DNA of 64,000 nucleotides from an uncultured Opitutales bacterium (GTDB lineage: Bacteria; Verrucomicrobiota; Verrucomicrobiia; Opitutales; UBA9783). Below are positions 9,765-19,614 of this stretch, one piece after another. The stretch's first letter is position 1. The number at the start of each line of letters is the position of its first letter. The notes under the pieces were generated by a model that was given only the letters and a program-made list of their open reading frames with translations, ran no database searches and had not been told where the DNA came from. The stretch lies in the NCBI GenBank assembly GCA_944389435.1, contig CALXMI010000052.1:544-64543 (forward strand). Reading direction: 5' to 3'. Position numbers and translations under genes: made by a program.

Positions 9765-10652
9765 ATGGCACACTCCATCTATTTTATGAAGACGGTAAAA
9801 GGCGTTAGTTGGTTTTTTGCAAGTTTGTTTATTGGCGTTGGGCTAGATGTCATACAAAGGCTATTGGGCAAGACGTTAAGCGGCGAGGAAATTACTTTCT
9901 TTCGGTTTTTCTTAGGGACGGTGGCTTTGTTGCCCTTTTTGTGCCATCGATGGTTAAAGAAAGGCTTTCAAGTAACTCAATTTTGGGCTATACACCTTTT
10001 TAGAGGATTTTTACTCTTTTCGGGCATGGTGCTTTGGTGTCACGGTTTGCGCTTGGTACCGTTGAGCACAGCAATCGCCTTAAACTACTCCATCCCCTTT
10101 TTTACACTCATTTTATCGAGGCTACTCTTAAAAGAAAAAGTTAACGCTATGCGTTGGCTTACAACCTTTATCGGCTTTTTGGGTATCTGCATCGTCCTTA
10201 AGCCGCAAAGCATCGTCTTAGATGTAAGACCATGTATCATTCTAGTGTCCTCGTTTTTGTTTGCCTTACTGGATGTGTTTAACAAAAAATACGTCTGTAA
10301 GGAATCCATGTTGAACATGCTGTTTTATACCGCCTTTTTCACTTGTCTGTTTAGTGCTTACCCCGCATGGAAACATTATTGGTACGGCTTTTGGGACAAC
10401 CTAAACCTGCTGGTACTTTTGGGGGTTGGGGCCAATCTTATCTTTTACTGCTTATTGAAGGCCTTTAAGTACATGGATGCGTCAGCTTTGGCACCTTTCC
10501 GGTATTGCGACTTTTTTATCTCCGTATTGTTAGGCTTTCTGTTTTTTTCGGAAAAGCCGGCCCCTTCAACGTATATCGGCTTTACCATCATTGTACCCTG
10601 CACATTGTTCCTAACTCACCGCGAAATAAAAGACAGCAAGAACAACCGCTAA
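9765..10652 (+). CDS. EamA/DMT-superfamily transporter
   Basis: 295 aa with about 10 hydrophobic segments arranged as two EamA-like halves. Confidence 0.75.
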   Translation: MAHSIYFMKTVKGVSWFFASLFIGVGLDVIQRLLGKTLSGEEITFFRFFLGTVALLPFLCHRWLKKGFQVTQFWAIHLFRGFLLFSGMVLWCHGLRLVPLSTAIALNYSIPFFTLILSRLLLKEKVNAMRWLTTFIGFLGICIVLKPQSIVLDVRPCIILVSSFLFALLDVFNKKYVCKESMLNMLFYTAFFTCLFSAYPAWKHYWYGFWDNLNLLVLLGVGANLIFYCLLKAFKYMDASALAPFRYCDFFISVLLGFLFFSEKPAPSTYIGFTIIVPCTLFLTHREIKDSKNNR

Positions 10653-10784
10653 TCTCATCAAACAGCTTCACGGTAAGATCTATCGATGCAACACTCTACT
10701 TTTTTGATGTGTTTTCTCAACCTATCGTCTTAATCTATGGGTTTAACATTGACTTTACCGATAAAAAGAACTTGACTGGTTGCA

Positions 10785-12530
10785 ATGGATTTTTCTTTAG
10801 AGTCGTATTTAAACAATAAGCTTAAAGTATTGGCTGCCGATTTGCCAATTTTTGGAAAAGATTTTGATCCTGAAATTCGGCCTGCAGATGAACGTTTTGG
10901 CGATTTTCAAGCTAATGGTATCCTTTCTTACTTGGGCCGACGAAAAGAAAATCCACGTCAAGGTGCTTTGCAGATGTTGGAAGTGTTCAAACAAAACGAT
11001 ACGTTGTTTGACGTCGAAGTTGCTGGGCCTGGTTTTTTGAACTTTAAGCTGAAAGATGCGGGTGTTTTAGCTTGGTTAAAGCAGTTTCATACGGCCGATT
11101 CCTACAAAGGGCACTATCAATCTATTTTTTCCAACAAAACGGTCGTGATTGATTATTCATCGCCTAATACTGCCAAACGAATGCATGTGGGCCATTTGCG
11201 CTCGATGGTTATTGGTGAAGCACTTCAGCGTTTTATTCGTTTTGGGGGCGGAAATGTCATTCGAGACAATCACATTGGCGACTGGGGAACTCAATTCGGC
11301 ATTCTGCTTATGCAGATAAAAGCTACGGGCTATTCTTTTAATGAAGCACCTGAGCAGGCAATTGAGACTTTGGAGCGTTTGTATCAAGACGGAAGCGCTC
11401 TAACCAAGGAGGATACTCATGCTTTAGAGACGGCACGGCAAGAATTGGTTAAGCTGCAGAAGGGCGATGCAGAGAATTTGGAGCTTTGGAAGAAAATCAA
11501 TGCCATTTCTTATCAAAGCTTTGAAGTCATCTATAAGCGCATGGACGTTACGTTTGACGAAGTACTCGGTGAGTCTTTTTATCGCGACAAAGTGAATGCT
11601 GTCTATGAAGCTTTACAGCAGCATCAACTTGCTGTTGTAGATCAAGGTGCTTTGGTTGTTTTTCATCCGGAGCATCCTCGTTTTTGTAAGCAACCGTTTT
11701 TGGTTCGCAAGTCCGATGGTGCTTCCAATTACGCTTCTACGGATTTGGCTACCATCCTTTATCGCGTTCAACATTTTCAGGCGGATGCCATTGTTTACGT
11801 AACTGATTGCCGACAAAGAGATCACTTTGAGCAGCTGTTTTTGACGGTAAAGAAATGGTTTCAAGCTGAAAGCCGTCCGTTACCGGAATTGTACCATGTC
11901 TATTTTGGTACGGTTTTGGACGCCAACGGAAAGGCTATTAAGACCCGTGAAGGTAAACCGATCCAATTGCAGGCGTTGTTGGACGAGGCCGTTCGTCGCG
12001 CGCATGCATTGATTTGTGAAAAGAGCCCTGATCTGCCTGAAGATGAGAAACTGCATGTGGCCGAGGTTGTTGGCATTGGTTCTATAAAGTACGCCGATTT
12101 GTCTCAAGAGCGAACGGGAAATTACCGCTTCGAGTGGGATAAGATGATCAATTTTGATGGTAATACAGCACCCTATCTGTTGTACGCAATTGCACGTATT
12201 TATGCAATTTTAAGGAAGTGTGATGCAAGCGATACCGTGAGTGGTGAAGGCGTTCTATCGTTTTCGACGGAAACTGAGCGCGCTTTGGGCCATAAATTGC
12301 TTGCGTTCTCGATGGCGCTAACGTTGTCGCTTAGAGAGCTGAAACCACATTGGTTGTGCCGTTATTTGTTTGAATTAGCTGGAACGTTTTCAACATTTTA
12401 CAATGCCGACAAGGTTATGACGGAAGATAAAAACACTCGCTGGGTTCGATTAACGTTGTGTAAAGCCACTTTGGCGACCTTAGAAACTGGACTGAGTTTG
12501 TTGGGCCTTAAAACCTTACAAAGAATGTAA
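10785..12530 (+). CDS. argS: Arginine--tRNA ligase
   Basis: 581 aa. 'SSPNTAKRMHVGHLRS' (HIGH region) and a C-terminal DALR-type anticodon-binding end '...LLGLKTLQRM'. Confidence 0.95.
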   Translation: MDFSLESYLNNKLKVLAADLPIFGKDFDPEIRPADERFGDFQANGILSYLGRRKENPRQGALQMLEVFKQNDTLFDVEVAGPGFLNFKLKDAGVLAWLKQFHTADSYKGHYQSIFSNKTVVIDYSSPNTAKRMHVGHLRSMVIGEALQRFIRFGGGNVIRDNHIGDWGTQFGILLMQIKATGYSFNEAPEQAIETLERLYQDGSALTKEDTHALETARQELVKLQKGDAENLELWKKINAISYQSFEVIYKRMDVTFDEVLGESFYRDKVNAVYEALQQHQLAVVDQGALVVFHPEHPRFCKQPFLVRKSDGASNYASTDLATILYRVQHFQADAIVYVTDCRQRDHFEQLFLTVKKWFQAESRPLPELYHVYFGTVLDANGKAIKTREGKPIQLQALLDEAVRRAHALICEKSPDLPEDEKLHVAEVVGIGSIKYADLSQERTGNYRFEWDKMINFDGNTAPYLLYAIARIYAILRKCDASDTVSGEGVLSFSTETERALGHKLLAFSMALTLSLRELKPHWLCRYLFELAGTFSTFYNADKVMTEDKNTRWVRLTLCKATLATLETGLSLLGLKTLQRM

Positions 12531-12532
12531 CG

Positions 12533-12745
12533 ATGGAAGTCTATCTCATAGCGCTTTTGGTGGTAAGCATTTTGGGCTGTCTGGTATTTTTATGCGGCAT
12601 AGAAGATCGTCAAATAAGCCGCTATGAAGCTTTAGAGGCGAAACATGCGTTTCTTTGTCATGATTGTCAGCACGTATACATCGGCAGCAAGGACTTAGTT
12701 AAATGTCCGCATTGTGGGCACAAGAATTCTTTTTTAAGGTTTTAA
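12533..12745 (+). CDS. Small membrane-anchored zinc-ribbon protein (hypothetical)
   Basis: 70 aa. N-terminal TM 'VYLIALLVVSILGCLVFLCGI', then 'CHDCQ...CPHCGH'. It sits 2 nt after argS and 1 nt before kpsF. Confidence 0.55.
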   Translation: MEVYLIALLVVSILGCLVFLCGIEDRQISRYEALEAKHAFLCHDCQHVYIGSKDLVKCPHCGHKNSFLRF

Positions 12746-12746
12746 T

Positions 12747-13718
12747 ATGCAAGCATGGGGCGATTGGGGTAAAAAGGTTTTAGCTGAAGAAATTAACAGC
12801 TTGCAGCGTATATATGAGCGTTTTGATGGGATTGGCTTTGCAAAAGTGGTTGATTTGATTATAAAGCATACTGGTAAAGTCGTACTGACGGGCATTGGTA
12901 AATCCGGCTACATCGCTCAAAAAATAAGCTCAACACTGAACAGTACGGGCACACGTTCTGTTTTTTTACACCCATCGGAAGCGCTGCATGGCGATTTAGG
13001 GATTTATACAAGCGGCGACCCTACTATTTTTCTATCGCGCAGTGGAAGCACTACAGAATTATTGCGACTTGTTCCCATCGTTCGACAATTTAATTCCCCC
13101 GTCATTGCCTTGGTGAGCAATTTGATGTCGCCTCTGGCCCAAATGGCTGACCATGTACTTGACGCCTCCATTTTGAAAGAAGCCGATCCGCTGGGCTTTG
13201 TACCCACATCCAGTACCACACTTGCGTTAGCTTTAGGAGACGCTTTGGCCTGTACTCTCATGCAGGCACGTGGGTTCAAAAAAGAAGACTTTTTCAGATT
13301 TCATCCTGGCGGTCAACTAGGTAAAGCCTTAAGTCGATGTGTAGGCGACTTTACCTGCGCGTTGAAAGATGTGGCCTGCGTAACCCCAGCAACATCTTTG
13401 CGCGACGTTGTGATTGCCATGACCCTAAAACCACTTGGTGCGGCTTTTGTTATGGAAGGCAACCTATTTAAGGGACTGATAACCGATGGCGATATTCGAC
13501 GCTCTCTGCAAACGCACGCATCCATTGAGAACGTTTTTGCTAAAGATCTTATGACCGAAAATCCGGTAAAAATTTATGCGAATATGAATCTCGAAGAAGC
13601 ATTACAGCTGATGGAAGCGCGCCCGCAGCAATTGAGCGTGCTACCGGTTTTCAACGAAGATAAATCCTGTCGCGGTCTATTCCGCTTGCACGACGCTTAT
13701 GCCCCCTTACGTAGCTAA
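12747..13718 (+). CDS. kpsF: Arabinose-5-phosphate isomerase (KpsF/GutQ, SIS + 2 CBS)
   Basis: 323 aa. SIS motif 'LTGIGKSGYIAQKISSTLNSTG' and tandem CBS domains at the C-terminus. Confidence 0.9.
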   Translation: MQAWGDWGKKVLAEEINSLQRIYERFDGIGFAKVVDLIIKHTGKVVLTGIGKSGYIAQKISSTLNSTGTRSVFLHPSEALHGDLGIYTSGDPTIFLSRSGSTTELLRLVPIVRQFNSPVIALVSNLMSPLAQMADHVLDASILKEADPLGFVPTSSTTLALALGDALACTLMQARGFKKEDFFRFHPGGQLGKALSRCVGDFTCALKDVACVTPATSLRDVVIAMTLKPLGAAFVMEGNLFKGLITDGDIRRSLQTHASIENVFAKDLMTENPVKIYANMNLEEALQLMEARPQQLSVLPVFNEDKSCRGLFRLHDAYAPLRS

Positions 13719-14020
13719 CAGAAGCGGAATGGGAGGACTAGTGTTTCCAAACCATCTGGCTTCAAAAACTTTGACGTTTAAATACTGATACTGAAATTCT
13801 TTTGTTGAAATGGGCTGACACGGTGGAGTGTGATTTGTTATTTTCAAAATTCATACGGGACCTTTTACCAATGTGGGAAGGTGTGAGAGATCGAATTAAC
13901 ACTTTAAATGAGAATTAATCCATAAACGGATAAACTTAACCATCGTATAAACAATGTGATAAAACACCTTAAAAACGAAAAACAACTCATTTGAGAAGTT
14001 TTCCATCAAAATAAACCTTA

Positions 14021-14074
14021 GTGCTTCATGCAGCACGCCCCAGCCAGCTAAAAGCTGTCTGGGGGACATTTTTT
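14021..14074 (+). terminator. Orphan tandem hairpins plus T-tract (candidate Rho-independent terminator or sRNA 3' end)
   Basis: Hairpin GTGCT(14021-25)/AGCAC(14032-36). Then CCCCAGCCAGC(14038-48)/GCTGtCTGGGG(14054-64), followed by 'acatttttt'. It lies about 300 nt after the kpsF stop and about 50 nt before mutS. Confidence 0.45.
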
Positions 14075-14124
14075 GAAAGATTAGGGTTGAATTGAAGGCC
14101 ATTTTTCCGTTTTAATGCTTATGT

Positions 14125-16614
14125 ATGCAAGGTGAGAAACCAATTACGCCGATGATGCAGCAGTATCGTTCGGTACACACAAAGTTACCTAAGGATACGA
14201 TCCTGTTTTTTCGATTAGGTGACTTTTACGAAATGTTTTTTGATGACGCAGTCACCGGATCGCGTATATTGGGATTGACGTTAACACAACGTGGGGGAGC
14301 TCCAATGGCTGGAATACCCTTTCATGCATCGGAGACTTATATTGACAAACTGCTGAAAGCCGGCAAAAAGGTTGCCATTTGCGATCAGATGGAAGAGCCA
14401 AAACCCGGCAAGTTGGTTGAGCGCTCTTTGACGCGCATTTTAACGCCTGGAACGGTTTTGGAGGACAGTCAACTTGAAGCGTGCAACAACCATTATATTG
14501 TATGCGTAGAACTAAATCACGGACAACTGTGTGCGGCTTGGCTTGATCTATCAACCAGCGAATTTAAGATCGCTGCAGAAGCCGACAAGAGCAGCCTTCT
14601 ATCATTTCTTCTCGCTCTAGACCCAAAAGAGGTGATTTTATCTGAAAAGTCCACGCAAGAGCAGCGAGCTGAACTCTCATCCCTATTACAAAATCGCGTT
14701 GTTTCAGAAGTTCCGCATTTTTCATTTGATAACAAACAGGCACGTGAAAATTTACAGCAGCTTTTAGGTGTTCAACACTTGGATGGCTTTGGAATTTTAA
14801 CCGATGAGCTTGCTTTGGGATGCGCCAATGCTCTTGTTTATTATGTAACCGAAAATCTGTGCCATTCCCCGAAAAACCTGAAAAAGATTTCGCGTCATTA
14901 TTGCCAAAAAAATTTGCAGTTAGATGGAGCTACGCTTCGAAATTTGGAAATTTTGCAAACCCAGCGTGGCAGCCGAGAGGGCTCCTTGTTGCATTTTCTG
15001 GATGTTGCAAAAACAGCTGCCGGCAGTCGACTCATTCAAACCTTTCTTGTTAGCCCGCTTATTGATTTAACACAAATTCGCTTTCGACAAGCTTGCATAA
15101 AGGCTTTTTACGACAAACCGATGGTAACGCATGGCTTGCAGGAAGCCTTGATGCATACAAGAGATTTGATACGCATCCTGTCCCGTTTACAGAATCGCTT
15201 ACGGTCACCTAGAGAATTGGGAGCCATCCTGGAAACTTTAGAGCAATTGCCTATCATTGACGACTGGATCCGTCAAACAGACGATGTACATATTCATGAA
15301 CTGGCTAAAAATTTAAATCTTTTTGAGGACTTAAAAGCCTTATTGCAAACATTTCTGGTAGATGATCTACCCAATGATTTGAGCGATGGTGGTTTTATTC
15401 GCACGGGTGCAGATACAACCTTAGACCATCTGCGTTCGGCTCAAAAAGAATCACAAATTTGGCTCCAGCAATACGAGCAGCGAGAGCAGCACAACACCGG
15501 TATTCGTAACTTGCGAGTCAAGTATAATTCGGCTGTTGGATTTTTTATAGAAGTTTCGAAAACGAACTTAGGTCTCGTACCTGTTCATTACATTCGAAAG
15601 CAAACCATGACACATTTTGAGCGCTATTATACGCCTGAACTGAAAGAGAAAGAGGATTTTATTGTTCATAGCCAAGAGCGTTCGATTGCCCGTGAGAAAG
15701 AGCTTTTTACCAACCTTGTTCAACAGGTCTTATCCCAAACCGACGCTTTGCTTCAAACGGCAGAAATCTTAGCCCAACTAGACGTGTTCTCGGCGTGGAG
15801 CTGTTTGGCGCGTGAACAACATTACTGTTGCCCTACCGTAGATGACTCGCACGTTTTCGAAGTTGAAGCAGGCCGGCATCCCATTGTAGAAAGCGCTTTG
15901 CGGGCTAAAAATTCTGTCACCAATTTTGTTGCCAATGATCTTACTCTCGATAGCAGCTCGAATCAAATATTGATCTTAACCGGGCCCAATATGGCAGGGA
16001 AATCAACCTACATTCGTCAAAACGCCATCATTGCCTTAATGTCCCATATTGGCTGCTGGGTGCCTGCAAAAGCTTGTAGAATCGGCTACGTCGATCGAAT
16101 TTTTTCCAGAGTGGGTGCCAGCGACAATTTGGCTAATGGACAGTCTACGTTTATGTTAGAAATGCTAGAAACAGCCAACATTTTAAACAATGCCACTCTA
16201 CGTAGCTTTATCATCTTGGATGAAATTGGACGTGGTACCAGCACGTATGATGGCCTAAGCATTGCCTGGTCGGTTGTTGAGTACTTACAGCGCGATTTAG
16301 AACAAGGACCGCGGACGCTTTTCGCAACCCATTATCACGAACTCACGCAACTTGAAAAACTTTACCCGCGTATTTTTAATGCTTACGTAATGGTCAAAGA
16401 ATGGAACGACGAAATCCTCTTTGTGCATCAAATCTGCAAGGGCAGCGCGCATCGCTCTTACGGTATTCAAGTCGCTAAACTAGCCGGATTGCCGCAGGAT
16501 GTGATTGAAAGGGCCAAAAATGTATTGGGTAAACTTGAAAACGAAGGTAAGGTTTTGCAAAAGCTACTAAAAGAGCATCCTGTCTCTGACATCCCCCAAT
16601 TAGACTTGTTTTAA
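14125..16614 (+). CDS. mutS: DNA mismatch repair protein MutS
   Basis: 829 aa. 'TPMMQQY', Walker A 'GPNMAGKSTYIRQ', 'DEIGRGTSTYDG'. Confidence 0.96.
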   Translation: MQGEKPITPMMQQYRSVHTKLPKDTILFFRLGDFYEMFFDDAVTGSRILGLTLTQRGGAPMAGIPFHASETYIDKLLKAGKKVAICDQMEEPKPGKLVERSLTRILTPGTVLEDSQLEACNNHYIVCVELNHGQLCAAWLDLSTSEFKIAAEADKSSLLSFLLALDPKEVILSEKSTQEQRAELSSLLQNRVVSEVPHFSFDNKQARENLQQLLGVQHLDGFGILTDELALGCANALVYYVTENLCHSPKNLKKISRHYCQKNLQLDGATLRNLEILQTQRGSREGSLLHFLDVAKTAAGSRLIQTFLVSPLIDLTQIRFRQACIKAFYDKPMVTHGLQEALMHTRDLIRILSRLQNRLRSPRELGAILETLEQLPIIDDWIRQTDDVHIHELAKNLNLFEDLKALLQTFLVDDLPNDLSDGGFIRTGADTTLDHLRSAQKESQIWLQQYEQREQHNTGIRNLRVKYNSAVGFFIEVSKTNLGLVPVHYIRKQTMTHFERYYTPELKEKEDFIVHSQERSIAREKELFTNLVQQVLSQTDALLQTAEILAQLDVFSAWSCLAREQHYCCPTVDDSHVFEVEAGRHPIVESALRAKNSVTNFVANDLTLDSSSNQILILTGPNMAGKSTYIRQNAIIALMSHIGCWVPAKACRIGYVDRIFSRVGASDNLANGQSTFMLEMLETANILNNATLRSFIILDEIGRGTSTYDGLSIAWSVVEYLQRDLEQGPRTLFATHYHELTQLEKLYPRIFNAYVMVKEWNDEILFVHQICKGSAHRSYGIQVAKLAGLPQDVIERAKNVLGKLENEGKVLQKLLKEHPVSDIPQLDLF

Positions 16615-16616
16615 AC

Positions 16617-17231
16617 ATGGACCGTCGTATTCATCATCTGCCTTTTCATAAAAAAATCGCGATCGCGTTCGTATACATACTGTTACGCTTTTGGTACGCG
16701 TCTCTTCGATTAAAAATGGATAAAACCACGCAAGAGGTTATGTCCCAAAAACCACAGGTTCCTTGCATTTTTTATTTTTGGCATCATAACCTTTTTGTAG
16801 CTCCAATGGTCCGAAAAATGCGTGGTAAGCGTCTCATGTATGGCCTTATGAGCGCTAGCAAGGACGGTGCTTGGCTAGAAGCACTCGTACGTTGGTTTCG
16901 CGTCGAGGCTATTCGTGGCTCAAGTTCTTGGCGAGCCTCTAAAGCTTTGCAAGAAATGGAACAATGCACGCATACGGTTTGTGACATCGTTATTACGCCC
17001 GATGGCCCCAAAGGTCCACGTTGCCAAAGCAAGCCAGGATCGATAAAATGGGCTTTCAATCAGCAAGCTAAGATCATTGGCATGAATTTTCAGATGCGTA
17101 AAGCTTGGTATTTAAAGTCCTGGGATCACTTTTGTATACCCATGCCCTTCTCCTCCATCTACCTAAAAGCACGCTATTTAGAAGCCAAAACTCCGGAAGT
17201 GCTTACCCATCAAATCGATACCTTTTTATGA
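16617..17231 (+). CDS. DUF374-family (lysophospholipid-acyltransferase-like) protein
   Basis: 204 aa. 'FYFWHHNLF', 'SASKDGAWLEALVRWFRVEAIRGSS', 'ITPDGPKGPR'. Confidence 0.75.
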   Translation: MDRRIHHLPFHKKIAIAFVYILLRFWYASLRLKMDKTTQEVMSQKPQVPCIFYFWHHNLFVAPMVRKMRGKRLMYGLMSASKDGAWLEALVRWFRVEAIRGSSSWRASKALQEMEQCTHTVCDIVITPDGPKGPRCQSKPGSIKWAFNQQAKIIGMNFQMRKAWYLKSWDHFCIPMPFSSIYLKARYLEAKTPEVLTHQIDTFL

Positions 17232-19529
17232 AGTAGGCGTAACCTCTAACGTCTTCAATCGTTGGATGTTGTTGGGAAGCCCTACCACAAAAACGCAGTC
17301 GCCATTTTTGAAAATATCGGTAGGTGTAAGCTGATCCAAACGCTGTGTCTTCCTTTGAATACTCAATACATTGACACCAAAGCGATTGCGAATGTTAGCT
17401 GAAGCCAAGGTTTCATTCAAGAAAGGATGCTTGTCGGTAATAACAATTTGATCAAAATCAAATTCGGCACTGTTGTTGATCGGTACGGTTCGTGCTTGTA
17501 CCAGAAGACGTTCTGCCGCATTCAGTTGTGAAAAGGTGCCCAAAAGCAGCAGCGCATCTCCTGGGAAAAAAATATAATCCGGTGGTATGGTATCGCAAAA
17601 AAAACCTTCACGGCCAATACCTAATAGCGTTACCTTGGTTTGTTCACGCAAGCGACAATCCTTTAAGGTTTGCCCTACAAATTTAGAAGAAGGTGCTAAA
17701 ACGACCTGCCGTGAGAGTACTTCCTGTGGATGCCTTTTAGACACGACTTTTATCATGGCTTGACGACGTTTTTCATTCTCTTGCTCAAGCTCATTAGAAA
17801 AGCTTTCCAAAAACTTAATTTCAAACTGGCTATTCAAATTACGAATACGTTTAAAAAATGCAAAACTCAAAATAATACCGATAAAGCTCAATAAAATAAC
17901 GGGCATGTATGTGGGCAAGTATTTTGCAGAAGAAATTAAGAATAGCCATGTAAAGACAAAAATCGCAATCGTAGCAACAAACAGCTGAAATATTTGATAA
18001 AGCGCCGCATGTTTTGTAAGGTTCACAAACAATCCGCGCAAGGTACTTTTACAGACGGTTAGGAAAATAAGATTTAAGTTTCTAACAACGCTGGTCATAA
18101 ACGGCAATGCAAGACATAAGGCAAGCATCGAAAGGCCTCGCTGTATCCAAATAAGGTAGGGTTCCGTTCGAGGAATCGGGTGGACAAGCAAAAATCCACA
18201 AAGCCAATTATTGCACCAAACAATTGCGTTTATAAGACAAAAATGGATAGCAATTTTGATCATAGGTTTCTTGACGATATTTACGAAACGGCTGCCCGAC
18301 AAGTGATTTTGGATAGATATCAAAATGCTTTGATAAACATTGCAAAGAGACACAAAAACGTGCGGAATCATTCGCTCACAACACCTCAAAAGCACTTCTT
18401 CTTTAGCACATAACACGTTTACGGCAATGATCGTGAACAACGACGTTCCAACGGTAATCGCCATCAGCTGGCCATCATCGATCCCCAGATTTTTAGCCAA
18501 TGCCGCAATGACGAAACTAAACTCACCTATTTGCGACTTGGGCAAAGAAGCTCGAAAGGCGACGCTTGGTTTCTGTCCACTTAAGAAAAAACCGAACCAT
18601 ACACTGCAAAATTGGCCAATAATAACGACCACCGTTAGCAGACAAATGAGCCATCGATATTGCCATAAAAGCTTGGGATCTATCAACATCCCTATTGAGA
18701 CAAAAAACACAGCTGTAAACACATCACGTATGGGGGCAATCATACTTTCCAATCGATGAATAACGGTCGTGTTTGAAAAAATCGCACCCGCCAAAAAAGC
18801 ACCCAATGCAGTTGAGTAACCTTTGGACATTTCACTAAGCAGCAAGATTAGGCCCACGACGCAAACGTGAATAATTTCTTCATGCGGAATTTTTTTCAAT
18901 AAGCCAATAAAACGCTGCGCCATAAGTCGTCCGAATATGAGCATACTCGCAATAAAAACGGTAATCCAAAAAATCAAATTAAAGCAGTCTACGAAGTTAA
19001 ATTGCCCATGCCTTAGATTGGATAAAACAACCAATAAAACGACCGCAAAGATATCTTCCAAGACGGCAACTCCTATTGTAAATTGAGCAAAAGGCTGTTT
19101 GAGTGCATTTTTATTTTTGAGAATAGGAATTGCTACCATACTGGAACTAATAGAAAAAATAGCTCCTAAAAAGGTTCCCAATAAAGGATTCCATCCCAAT
19201 AAATTCGCCACCAATGCACCTAAGAAAAACGAGGTAACCGCTTGTAAAAACATAGCCAAAACGGACGGAAATAGCGTTTGCTTTAATTTTTTCAGGTCAA
19301 ACTCCAATCCGATACAAAACATCAAAAAAATGACCCCCAGCTCACTTATACTGTGAATAGAAGCTTGGTCGTGAATCACAAGATTGGATGTGGTGTAAGG
19401 CCCTACAATGATACCTGAAAGCAAATATCCTAAAATGCTGGGCCAGCGTAGTATCGCAAAAACAATGGACACTAAGCTTGCTGTTACAACAATGGTTGTT
19501 AAGTCTTGTATAAGAAAATCTGTTTCCAT
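17226..19529 (-). CDS. CPA2 (Kef-type) cation:proton antiporter with an extra membrane domain and two C-terminal RCK_C (TrkA-C) domains
   Basis: The ATG at 19529 ('METDFLIQDL...') is preferred over the track start at 19646, which would overlap mreB. It has a Na+/H+-exchanger-like core, about 4 further hydrophobic segments, and then two repeats of the RCK_C pattern ('...GQTLKDCRLREQTKVTLLGIGREG...', '...NETLASANIRNRFGVNVLSIQRK...'). Confidence 0.85.
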   Translation of the reverse strand: METDFLIQDLTTIVVTASLVSIVFAILRWPSILGYLLSGIIVGPYTTSNLVIHDQASIHSISELGVIFLMFCIGLEFDLKKLKQTLFPSVLAMFLQAVTSFFLGALVANLLGWNPLLGTFLGAIFSISSSMVAIPILKNKNALKQPFAQFTIGVAVLEDIFAVVLLVVLSNLRHGQFNFVDCFNLIFWITVFIASMLIFGRLMAQRFIGLLKKIPHEEIIHVCVVGLILLLSEMSKGYSTALGAFLAGAIFSNTTVIHRLESMIAPIRDVFTAVFFVSIGMLIDPKLLWQYRWLICLLTVVVIIGQFCSVWFGFFLSGQKPSVAFRASLPKSQIGEFSFVIAALAKNLGIDDGQLMAITVGTSLFTIIAVNVLCAKEEVLLRCCERMIPHVFVSLCNVYQSILISIQNHLSGSRFVNIVKKPMIKIAIHFCLINAIVWCNNWLCGFLLVHPIPRTEPYLIWIQRGLSMLALCLALPFMTSVVRNLNLIFLTVCKSTLRGLFVNLTKHAALYQIFQLFVATIAIFVFTWLFLISSAKYLPTYMPVILLSFIGIILSFAFFKRIRNLNSQFEIKFLESFSNELEQENEKRRQAMIKVVSKRHPQEVLSRQVVLAPSSKFVGQTLKDCRLREQTKVTLLGIGREGFFCDTIPPDYIFFPGDALLLLGTFSQLNAAERLLVQARTVPINNSAEFDFDQIVITDKHPFLNETLASANIRNRFGVNVLSIQRKTQRLDQLTPTDIFKNGDCVFVVGLPNNIQRLKTLEVTPTS

Positions 19530-19614
19530 TTTTTGAAAAGATGTATTCTTTCGCTTGACGAATATAATGAACTCGTTAGAGTATGAGACAGGTACTTTTA
19601 TATATAAAACACTT

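Noticed and set aside
18340-18759. 139-aa + strand ORF (and similar ORFs at 6853-7281, 20205-20585, 49034-49462, 27474-27881)
   Set aside because: All sit inside and opposite to, or out of frame with, long conserved genes (kef-like, comM, mreB, arnT-like, clpC). No independent support exists.
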